DNA of 64,000 bases from Planctomycetota bacterium (GTDB lineage: Bacteria > Planctomycetota > UBA8108 > SXIK01). The notes under the pieces are model-generated. The model made no database searches and was not told the DNA's origin. It was given only the letters and a program-made list of their open reading frames with translations. The DNA is taken from the NCBI GenBank assembly GCA_965223265.1, contig OZ244999.1:8160001-8224000 (forward strand), written 5' to 3'. Below are positions 49,574 through 57,814 of the stretch, piece after piece. A program made the position numbers and the translations under genes. The stretch's first letter is position 1. Every line of letters begins with the position of its first letter.

Positions 49574-50343
49574 GAGCCGTCGTCAAACTGCTGCTGATCA
49601 CCATGGGGCTTCTCATGGCTTACGCGGGCACCGGCCTCCCAGAATTCGGTGATCCGAAGGCCCCGGCAGCTCAGCACGTCTCGAACCGCTACATTCAGAA
49701 CGCCTACCACGACGCGAAGACCCCCAACATCGTCACCGTGATGATTGCGGACTATCGTTCGTTTGACACGTTTGGCGAGACCGTCGTCGTCTTCACGGCT
49801 GGGCTAGCGGTTTTCTTTCTATTGCACGTCGTTCGCCGCACGGAGACGACCGGCATCGCAGAGCTTGTGGCGCGCGACCCAGGGATGATTATCGGTGTGT
49901 CCACGCGCATTGTCGTGCCGATCGTACAGATCTTTGCCTTCTATGTAGTCTTCCACGGGCATTACAGCCCCGGCGGGGGATTTCAGGGCGGCGCGTTGCT
50001 AGCTGCGAGCATCCTCATGCAGCGCGTTGTGTTCGGACGCGAGCGGAGCCAGCGAGGTTTTCCGAGTTGGCTGGCACTGCCGTTCGGAATGATAGGCGTC
50101 GCGCTTTTCTTGGCGACGGGGCTCGTGTCGATGTTGAGCGGCGGCGAGTTCCTTGCCTACGACGCTGTGCCGCTCCAAGTTGACCGTCCCGCGCTGCTGA
50201 GGAATGCCGGCATCCTCCTCGTCGAAGTGGGCGTCGCATTTGCGGTCATGGGGATTCTCGTCTCCATCTTCGACGACCTGACCGGTCAGAAGCGGCTTGC
50301 TGATCCGGCGCTCACGGCGACGCCGCGCGAGGAGCAAGGATGA
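49570..50343 (+). CDS. mrpB: Mrp antiporter subunit B (MbhE-like + MnhB domains)
   Basis: TTG start overlapping the previous stop; PNIVTVMIADYRSFDTFGE and HGHYSPGGGFQGG motifs. Confidence 0.9.
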   Translation: MRAVVKLLLITMGLLMAYAGTGLPEFGDPKAPAAQHVSNRYIQNAYHDAKTPNIVTVMIADYRSFDTFGETVVVFTAGLAVFFLLHVVRRTETTGIAELVARDPGMIIGVSTRIVVPIVQIFAFYVVFHGHYSPGGGFQGGALLAASILMQRVVFGRERSQRGFPSWLALPFGMIGVALFLATGLVSMLSGGEFLAYDAVPLQVDRPALLRNAGILLVEVGVAFAVMGILVSIFDDLTGQKRLADPALTATPREEQG

Positions 50344-50825
50344 ACGCGATGTCGATGAGCTGTCCGTTCGTCGGATTCGTTACGGAAGGCTTCCAGGGTG
50401 GGTTCGAGTCGCTCGTGTTTGTGGCCGAAACGAGTGTCGACGTCCAGCGGCTCCTCGAAGGGCAATGGGCTTACCTTCTCGCAGTCGTGCTCGTCGTCAT
50501 CGGGCTCTACGGCATGCTTCTCAAGCGCAACTTGATCAAGAAGCTGATCGGGATGAACATCTTCCAGGGCGCCATCATCCTCTGTTACATCGTTTTCGCA
50601 TACAAACGCGGTGCTTCGGTGCCGGTGTACGACGGCAGTGTAGACGTGGATCACTACATGAATCCCATTCCACATGGGCTCATGCTGACCGCGATCGTCG
50701 TCTCGGTAGCGACGACCGGCGTGGCGCTTGCGCTGCTCATCGTGATCTACCGCCGCTTTGGCACGCTGGAGGAAGGCGAACTTCTCGAGCGGCTGCGGGA
50801 ATCGGAGTCAGGAGGAGGCTCATGA
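50340..50825 (+). CDS. mrpC: Mrp antiporter subunit C
   Basis: GLYGML.KRNLIKKLIG, NPIPHGLMLTAIVVSVA. Confidence 0.93.
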   Translation: MNAMSMSCPFVGFVTEGFQGGFESLVFVAETSVDVQRLLEGQWAYLLAVVLVVIGLYGMLLKRNLIKKLIGMNIFQGAIILCYIVFAYKRGASVPVYDGSVDVDHYMNPIPHGLMLTAIVVSVATTGVALALLIVIYRRFGTLEEGELLERLRESESGGGS

Positions 50826-50873
50826 CGGCGCAGACGCCTCCTCTTCGGACAACGCTTCTTCTCTCGACCGATC

Positions 50874-52376
50874 ATGCTTGACCTCGACGCACAACTCCCA
50901 GTGCTGATCCTCCTTTGTCTCTTCGCGGGTGCGGTCGTGGTGCCGGCGATCGGTTTCGTGCGCCGCAGTATGGTGCACGGCACGGCCTTCGCTTTTCTTC
51001 TGTGCTATCTAGTCTTGGCCCTCCGCCTCTTCGTCAACGTGCTGGGCGGTGAAGCACTTAATTACGAGCTGGGTGGGTGGTCTCCCCCCATCGGTATCGA
51101 GCTTCGCGTCGACATGCTCAGTGCGCTGATGATCGTACTCCTCGCGGCCGTGAGCGTCGTCGTCTCCATTCATGCTCGGTTGAGTGTGCGCCACGAGCTC
51201 GGCGACAAGGAGACGCCGTTCTATTCCCTGCTTTTGATCATGCTCGTTGGCCTAAGCGGCATGGTTCTCACCGGTGATCTGTTCAATCTGTACGTTTTCT
51301 TCGAGGTGAGCTCGCTATCCGGTTACTCGCTGATGGCGATCGGGAGCCGCAAGGCGCCGGTGTCTGCGTATCGCTATCTGCTGGTCGGCACCGTCGGTGC
51401 GTCGTTCTACCTGATCGGTGTTTTCTATCTCTATGTGCTCACTGGCAGCCTGAACATGACCGATGTGTCGCAGCGCATCGGTCTCATGGCCAGCAACCCC
51501 GCGCTTCTCTTGTCCATCGTGTTCATGGTCGTCGGCGTCGGCCTCAAGATGGCGCTCTTTCCGATGCACCTTTGGCTGCCGGATGCCTACCACTACGCGT
51601 CGAGCACCGCGACCGCTGTGATCGCACCCGTGATGACGAAGGTGTCGGCGTACGTTCTCATCCGCATGCTTTTCTTCGTGTACGACAGCGATCTGGTGCG
51701 CGAAAGCGTGCCCGCAAGCCAGCTCCTGACGTGGCTCGGGGCTGCAGGCATCGTGGTCGGCTCGCTCATGGCGATCGCCCAAAAGGATGCGAAGCGAATG
51801 CTGGCGTACAGCTCGGTCGCGCAGGTTGCGTACATCGCCGTAGGCATCGGGCTCGGAGAGCGATACGCGCTCATCGGAGCGATGCTCCACATCGTCAACC
51901 ACGCGACGATGAAGAGCTGTCTGTTTTTGGTCACTGCCAACGTTTCGCTACGCGTCGGCAGCCATCGTATTGCGCGCTACAGCGGCCTGGGAAGGAAGAT
52001 GCCATGGACGTTTCTTGGCTTCACGGTCGCGGCGCTGGCCATGGTCGGCATCCCGCCGACGAACGGCTTCTTCAGCAAATGGTATCTCGTGCTCGGTGGC
52101 ATCCAGTCGGGTGCGTGGGTGGTCGTCGTGGTGGTGCTGGCGAGTGGTCTACTGACGGGTGTCTATTTCTTTCGGCTGCTGACGAGAGTGCTTACCGAGG
52201 CGGAGAAACCACTCTCCGGAGAGTCTGCTGCTGAGTACGAACACATCCGGGACGCGCCGTTCACTATGTGTTTGCCGGTCGTCGTCTTGGCAGCGGGGAT
52301 TTTGCTCTTGGGGCTTCTGAACGAGTGGATTGTCGTTGAAGTGCTGAACAGGGCCTTGCCGCCGGGGCTAGGTTGA
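50874..52376 (+). CDS. mrpD: Mrp antiporter subunit D family (proton-conducting membrane transporter)
   Basis: GGWSPPIGIE, TGDLFNLYVFFE, LKMALFPMHLWLPDAY, KRMLAYSS, GIPPTNGFFSKW. Confidence 0.92.
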   Translation: MLDLDAQLPVLILLCLFAGAVVVPAIGFVRRSMVHGTAFAFLLCYLVLALRLFVNVLGGEALNYELGGWSPPIGIELRVDMLSALMIVLLAAVSVVVSIHARLSVRHELGDKETPFYSLLLIMLVGLSGMVLTGDLFNLYVFFEVSSLSGYSLMAIGSRKAPVSAYRYLLVGTVGASFYLIGVFYLYVLTGSLNMTDVSQRIGLMASNPALLLSIVFMVVGVGLKMALFPMHLWLPDAYHYASSTATAVIAPVMTKVSAYVLIRMLFFVYDSDLVRESVPASQLLTWLGAAGIVVGSLMAIAQKDAKRMLAYSSVAQVAYIAVGIGLGERYALIGAMLHIVNHATMKSCLFLVTANVSLRVGSHRIARYSGLGRKMPWTFLGFTVAALAMVGIPPTNGFFSKWYLVLGGIQSGAWVVVVVVLASGLLTGVYFFRLLTRVLTEAEKPLSGESAAEYEHIRDAPFTMCLPVVVLAAGILLLGLLNEWIVVEVLNRALPPGLG

Positions 52377-52421
52377 TTCGAGCGAGAAGATGAGAACAGC
52401 GAACTCGGAAATCGAACTCAC

Positions 52422-53912
52422 ATGCCGACGATCGAATCTCTGACACCTGTCGCCGCCGTCTTGGTGTCGCTTGTAGCTGTCGTGCCGATCGTCGCTTGCG
52501 GTCGTTGGCGCAACGTGCGTGAGTTTTGGACGCTCGCGGCGGCGACCATCAAGCTGGTGCTCGTTCTTTCTATGCTGTCGCCAGTGCGTTCGGGGTCAGT
52601 GATCGTGTGCGAGCTCTGGCGCATATCTCCTGACATCAACTTGGCGCTGCGAGTCGACACGCTTGGCTATGTGTTCGCGCTTGTGGCGAGCCTTCTCTGG
52701 CTCGTTACGTCGTTCTATTCGATCGGCTACATGCGTGGTGCCCACGAGCACAAACAGACGCGCTACTTCGCGAGCTTCGCGATCGCGGTGTCGTCCACGA
52801 TCGGCATCGCCTTCGCAGCGAACTTGCTGACGTTTTTCGTCTTTTTTGAAATCCTGACACTGGCGACGTTTCCATTGGTGCTTCACAAGGAAACTCCCGC
52901 GGCTCGGGCTGCCGCGTACAAGTACCTGGCTTACACTCTGCCGGCGGGTCTTTGTCTGCTTCTGGCGACGGCGTGGTGCGTCGCCGCTGTCGGCGACGTC
53001 GATTTTCGACCCGGCGGTTTCCTCGGCGGCTCAGAACTCGGCCGCACCGAGCTGCAGCTGCTTTTCCTGCTGATGATTCTTGGAGTCGGAGTCAAAGCCG
53101 GCATTATGCCGCTGCATTCGTGGCTACCGTCGGCGATGGCGGCACCGACGCCAGTCTCCGCGCTACTCCATGCCGTCGCCGTCGTCAAAGCCGGCGTCTT
53201 CGGCGTTTTCCGCGTCACGGGATTTGTCTTCGGTCCGGAGCTCCTCGAGACCATCGGTGTTTGGAACGTTCTTGCCTGGGTCGCTGGTGTGACGCTCACG
53301 GTCGCCTCACTTCTTGCCATGCGGCAAGACAATCTGAAGCGACGCCTCGCCTACAGTACCGTGGGGCACCTGAGTTATATCGTCCTTGGCGCGGCGCTGC
53401 TGACGCCCTCTGCGTGGACCGGATCGGTTATGCATCTGATGTTCCACGCCACGATGAAGATCACTCTGTTCTTCTGTGCCGGAGCGGTCTACGTGCGCAC
53501 GCATATGGAGAACATCAGTCAAATGAACGGCATAGGCCGACAGATGCCCGTGACCATGGCGGCGTTCACGATTGGCAGCCTGGGACTCGCGGGTGTGCCC
53601 GGCGTGAACGGCTTCTTGAGCAAGTGGAACCTTGCGATCGGCGCGCTCGAAGCGGAGCGGGAGGTGTTTCTGTGGCTGCTTCTTCTCAGCGGTGTGCTCA
53701 ATGCGGCCTACTTCTTTCCGATTGTTCACGGCGCGTTTTTCAAGCGCAGCGAAGCATTTCCGCGCTTCGGAGAGGCGAGCCCGCTGATGGTGATTCCCCT
53801 CGTCCTCACGGCGCTCGCGTCGGTCGCGCTTGGAGTGTTTCCGAACCTTGGCGTCCACGCGTTCGACTTGGCGCAAGCGGTTTCGTTGTCCGTGATGGGA
53901 GGGTCGCCGTGA
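52422..53912 (+). CDS. Mrp subunit D/A-family paralog
   Basis: YSIGYM, ANLLTFFVFFE, VKAGIMPLHSWLPSAMAAPTPVSALLHAVAVVKAG, DNLKRRLAYST. Confidence 0.9.
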   Translation: MPTIESLTPVAAVLVSLVAVVPIVACGRWRNVREFWTLAAATIKLVLVLSMLSPVRSGSVIVCELWRISPDINLALRVDTLGYVFALVASLLWLVTSFYSIGYMRGAHEHKQTRYFASFAIAVSSTIGIAFAANLLTFFVFFEILTLATFPLVLHKETPAARAAAYKYLAYTLPAGLCLLLATAWCVAAVGDVDFRPGGFLGGSELGRTELQLLFLLMILGVGVKAGIMPLHSWLPSAMAAPTPVSALLHAVAVVKAGVFGVFRVTGFVFGPELLETIGVWNVLAWVAGVTLTVASLLAMRQDNLKRRLAYSTVGHLSYIVLGAALLTPSAWTGSVMHLMFHATMKITLFFCAGAVYVRTHMENISQMNGIGRQMPVTMAAFTIGSLGLAGVPGVNGFLSKWNLAIGALEAEREVFLWLLLLSGVLNAAYFFPIVHGAFFKRSEAFPRFGEASPLMVIPLVLTALASVALGVFPNLGVHAFDLAQAVSLSVMGGSP

Positions 53913-53925
53913 CCGGAGGGAGGCG

Positions 53926-54159
53926 ATGAAACTCAAAATGCCCGGAGGCATCGGCTGGGGATTGGCGATCGTGTGCGGCGGTATCGCGGTCGCATTGCCG
54001 TATCTTTTTCACGTCGAGCATCACCGCGGCTTTTGGGAGAGCATCCCAGGTTGGTGGGCACTCTTCGGTGCCGTCGGCTGCGCTGCGATCATCTTAGTGA
54101 GCAAGTGGCTCGGCGCGGCTCTTCTGCAGAAGCCCGAGGATTGGTATGACCGCGACTAG
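53926..54159 (+). CDS. Small membrane protein in the Mrp operon
   Basis: 77 aa, 2 TM, WESIPGWWALFG.VGC...SKWLG..LLQKPEDWYD; GGAGG RBS; lies between mrpD paralogs. Confidence 0.75.
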   Translation: MKLKMPGGIGWGLAIVCGGIAVALPYLFHVEHHRGFWESIPGWWALFGAVGCAAIILVSKWLGAALLQKPEDWYDRD

Positions 54160-56209
54160 AACGTTCGACCTGCGGCAGCGCCGCCGGCAACTGATGAGCC
54201 GTGGGTGGCACAGTGACCGAGCAGCGCTCGACTCGCGTTGTGGGGCGCTGAAAGTCGGCGCGCTCGTTGTCTTTGCATGCTTCGTGTTCTTGATCTCGTT
54301 TGGCATGCCCGTATCGGCTCAGCTCCCGGACGCTGGGGGCCTCGGCGAACCCGCTGCCCTCCCGGCCGCGGCTGCAGGCGCGGCGGCTAGTGATGTCGTC
54401 GACACCGCACACGGCGATTCAACTCGCGCGGAACTCTCGCGACCGCCGCTGCTCGACGCCGCGGGACGCTGGCCGCCGGCTCTATTCCTGCTGCTTGCCG
54501 GAGCTTTGGTGTGCGTGCTGCCGCGTTTTTTGCGCGCGGTCGTGTGCGTCGCCGCACCGGTGTTTTGCGTCTGGTATATCCTGACGCAGCTCGCCAGCGG
54601 CATGAGTATCACTTACCCGCTCATGTCGCAGTCGCTCGAAATCCTGCGCGTTGATCGACTCAGTATTCTTTTTGGGGTGATCTTTTCACTTGTCGCAGCG
54701 ATCGCGGGTGTCTTCGCGTGGCACATGAGCGAGCGACGTCAACAGAGCGCGGCGCTCCTTTATGCCGGCGGTGCGGTCGGTGTCACCTTCGCGGGCGATT
54801 ACCTGACGCTCTACGCTTTCTGGGAGCTCATGGCGATCGCGTCGACGGTGCTCATTTGGGCGCGGCGCGCTCCGGCGTCGGCGGCAGCTGGCCGACGTTA
54901 TGTGATCTTTCACCTTGTTGGCGGTTCGCTGTTGCTCGGCGGGATTCTACTCCTCGGGCAGCAAACCGGTTCCTTCGCGTTCGATCATCTGGACCCGCAC
55001 GCCGGCGGTTCGGCGGCGTGGTGGATTCTTCTCGGGGTTGCCGTCAACGCCGCCATTCCGCCGCTGGGGCCGTGGCTTCCCGATAGCTATCCTCGCGCGA
55101 CAACGACGGGCGCGATCTTCTGCTCAGCTCTGACGACGAAGACTGCGGTTTACGTTCTCATTCGTGGTTTTCACGGCTGGGAGATCTTGGTGGTCGCTGG
55201 GGTTGTGATGGCGCTCTACGGCGTTGTTTACGCTGTGCTGGCGAACGACATCCGTGAGCTTCTCGCGTATCACATCATCTCGCAGGTGGGGTACATGGTG
55301 GCCGGCGTCGGATTGGGGACGCAGCTGGCGGTGAACGGCGCAGCAGCGCACGCCGTTTGCCACATCCTCTACAAGTCAGTGCTCTTCATGGGCTGCGGGG
55401 CGGTGATCCACACGACCGGAAAGGAAAAGCTCACGGAACTCGGCGGCTTCGTCACGCGGCAGAAGCTTATCTTCGCGCTCTACATGATCGGCGCGTTCTC
55501 GATTTCCGGCTTTCCGCTTTTCAACGGCTTCATTTCGAAATCGATGGTCACCGCGGCGGCACACGAGGTTCACGTCGACTGGGCGTTTCTTCTCCTCATG
55601 TTGGCGTCCGTCGGGACGTTCTTGCACACAGGACTCAAGCTCCCGTATGGCATTTGGTTCGGTGACGACGCCGGCATTCATCCGCGCCCGGCGCCGTGGA
55701 ATATGGTGGCAGCTCTAGCCGTCGGTGGGTTTCTGTGCACGCTGCTCGGCGTCCAGCCGCATGTTCTCTACGCCTATTTGCCGTTTGAAGTTTACTGGGA
55801 ACCGTACACAACGGCGCACGTCGTCGAGATGGTGCAGCTTCTCCTCTTCACGTTTTTTGTATTTTATCTTTTCATTCCGAAGCTGCACGGACAGGCGACG
55901 CTGTCGATCGATACGGACGTCGTCTATCGCAAGCCTGCACCTCTGATAAGATTCTTGTTCGTCGAGTTGGTGGGACGGACGTTCGACGCGGCGCAATCGT
56001 GGGCAGTGGCGGCGGCGCGGCGCCTTGGTGCCATCGTCGAGAATCCGACCGGAAAACTGCCAGGTGCCTTGCCTCGCAGCGCCGGCGACGAGCCCGGATA
56101 CGACGAAGATCGCGACCGCCGGCCGTTGGGCGTGTCGTTGGCATTGACCTTGCTTGCGTTCGTTGTTTTGGCGTTGTGGACCATGCTCTCAGGCTGCGCT
56201 GGCGGTTAA
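54146..56209 (+). CDS. Mrp subunit D-family paralog (Na+/H+ antiporter subunit D)
   Basis: AGDYLTLYAFWE, NAAIPPL..WLPDSYP, TTKTAVY, RELLAYHIISQVGYM, GFPLFNGFISKSM; long N-terminal extension, so start uncertain. Confidence 0.9.
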   Translation: MTATRTFDLRQRRRQLMSRGWHSDRAALDSRCGALKVGALVVFACFVFLISFGMPVSAQLPDAGGLGEPAALPAAAAGAAASDVVDTAHGDSTRAELSRPPLLDAAGRWPPALFLLLAGALVCVLPRFLRAVVCVAAPVFCVWYILTQLASGMSITYPLMSQSLEILRVDRLSILFGVIFSLVAAIAGVFAWHMSERRQQSAALLYAGGAVGVTFAGDYLTLYAFWELMAIASTVLIWARRAPASAAAGRRYVIFHLVGGSLLLGGILLLGQQTGSFAFDHLDPHAGGSAAWWILLGVAVNAAIPPLGPWLPDSYPRATTTGAIFCSALTTKTAVYVLIRGFHGWEILVVAGVVMALYGVVYAVLANDIRELLAYHIISQVGYMVAGVGLGTQLAVNGAAAHAVCHILYKSVLFMGCGAVIHTTGKEKLTELGGFVTRQKLIFALYMIGAFSISGFPLFNGFISKSMVTAAAHEVHVDWAFLLLMLASVGTFLHTGLKLPYGIWFGDDAGIHPRPAPWNMVAALAVGGFLCTLLGVQPHVLYAYLPFEVYWEPYTTAHVVEMVQLLLFTFFVFYLFIPKLHGQATLSIDTDVVYRKPAPLIRFLFVELVGRTFDAAQSWAVAAARRLGAIVENPTGKLPGALPRSAGDEPGYDEDRDRRPLGVSLALTLLAFVVLALWTMLSGCAGG

Positions 56210-56375
56210 CAGCCTGTTGAAAAAGTGCTTCGAGCCGAAAACTGGTCTCTTCGCGTCCAGATCGGCTGCGGCAAACGGAGGCAATCTTCGGGATTTTCGA
56301 GTATTGACGCGGTCGAGCTGGGCGTGAAGAGGCCAGTTTCTTCGGCCGAATGACTTTTTCAACGGGCTGTTAACC
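56204..56375. repeat. 172-bp long imperfect hairpin element with 23-bp terminal inverted repeats (MITE/REPIN-like)
   Basis: GGTTAACAGCCTGTTGAAAAAGT (56204-56226) vs ACTTTTTCAACGGGCTGTTAACC (56353-56375), one mismatch; inner arms also complementary. Confidence 0.85.
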
Positions 56376-56624
56376 CGCATTTCTCACCAGAATCCGTAGC
56401 GAGGAGCCGTAAATCGTGTCGTGGCAAGGAAGACTTTGCGATTCGAACGGAGGCGTGCTTCCTGCACATTGAGGATCGAATCGTGAAGTCTGACGTAGTT
56501 GAGTCCGACCGAGGAGGGAGGACGAAAGCACGATTTACGGCCCGCAGTAGGAATCTGGTGAGAAATGCGGGTTAAGATCTGTCGGGGATACCACGCTCGT
56601 TGGCCTTGGGTCGGAGATGAATGG

Positions 56625-57650
56625 ATGGCGCTACGACTGATCGAGCTGATCATCCCGGACGCTCGGCGCGCACAGGTGCGCGAAGCTCTGGACGACGTGT
56701 CGACGCTTGGGGTTTGGTCGCAGCCGCTCGACGACGACGAAGTCCGGCTGAGCGTCCTCGTCGAAACCACCAAGAGCGAGTCCGTGTTGGATCTTCTCGA
56801 GAGGCGTCTTGCATGGACGGAAGGGTTTCGCATCGTGTTGCTTCCGGTGGAGGGGACACTGCCTCGGCGCCCGGAGCCTGAGGGCGATGCGAAGGCGAAA
56901 GACGCAGGCGATGGAAAGTCGCCAGGACCGTCGTTGCCGCAGCGGATTAGTCGCACAGAGCTGCTCGACGATCTCGCCACCGGTGTCAAGACTTCGAAGG
57001 TCTACTTCGCTTTCGTGTTACTTTCGACAGTGGTCGCAGCGGTCGGTCTGATCCGTAGCGACACGGCGATCGTCATCGGTGCCATGGTCATCGCGCCGCT
57101 CTTGACACCGAACATGGCGCTGGCTCTTGCGACCACGCTCGGCGACTTGTCGCTCGCGCGCAAGGCGCTGACGACGACGTCACTTGGGGTGTTGACGGCG
57201 TTTGTCTTTTCGCTTCTGCTCGGTGTGCTCGTTCCGTTCGATCCAGCGATGGAAGCGATCCAGAGTCGTACGAGCGTGAGCCTCGCCGACATCGCTGTCG
57301 CGCTCGCTGCGGGCAGCGCCGGTGCGCTCGCGTTCACGTCAGGCGTTCCGGCTGGACTCGTCGGCGTCATGGTCGCGGTGGCTTTGTTGCCGCCGCTCGT
57401 TGTCACCGGGTTGCTTCTCGGCGCCGGCGACTACGGTACAGCGGTGGGGGCTTTGCTGCTCGTGACCACCAACGTCGTCTGCGTCAATCTGACCGGTGTG
57501 CTGACGTTTTGGGTGCAGGGGATTCGCCCCCGTACGTGGTGGGAAGCAGACAAAGCGCGCAAGGCGCGGAACATCGCGCTGGCGCTCTGGGGAACGCTAC
57601 TTGTCGCGCTAACCGTACTGGTGGCGGTGTCACAGAGTCGTGGAAGCTAG
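56625..57650 (+). CDS. TIGR00341 / DUF389 family membrane protein
   Basis: N-terminal soluble domain, RISRTEL, IVIGAMVIAPLL.P, VGVMVAVALLPP, NVVCVNL. Confidence 0.9.
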   Translation: MALRLIELIIPDARRAQVREALDDVSTLGVWSQPLDDDEVRLSVLVETTKSESVLDLLERRLAWTEGFRIVLLPVEGTLPRRPEPEGDAKAKDAGDGKSPGPSLPQRISRTELLDDLATGVKTSKVYFAFVLLSTVVAAVGLIRSDTAIVIGAMVIAPLLTPNMALALATTLGDLSLARKALTTTSLGVLTAFVFSLLLGVLVPFDPAMEAIQSRTSVSLADIAVALAAGSAGALAFTSGVPAGLVGVMVAVALLPPLVVTGLLLGAGDYGTAVGALLLVTTNVVCVNLTGVLTFWVQGIRPRTWWEADKARKARNIALALWGTLLVALTVLVAVSQSRGS

Positions 57651-57738
57651 TTCACTTTGTGGTCGTGCAGCGACGATCGGTCGGCGGTGCGAACGTGCTC
57701 TCGGTCGCGACAGGGCAGAGCGGGGCCGTAGCTTGCGC

Positions 57739-57767
57739 TTGACACCGCGACTCAACTGGATTAACTT
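57739..57767 (+). promoter_or_regulatory. Candidate sigma70 promoter for the FG-GAP protein gene
   Basis: Perfect TTGACA (57739-57744), 17-bp spacer, TAACTT (57762-57767) in an AT-rich patch. Confidence 0.45.
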
Positions 57768-57814
57768 TTGGAAAATGACGTTTCGCGATACTCTGTCCAC
57801 TCGAGGATCATGGG

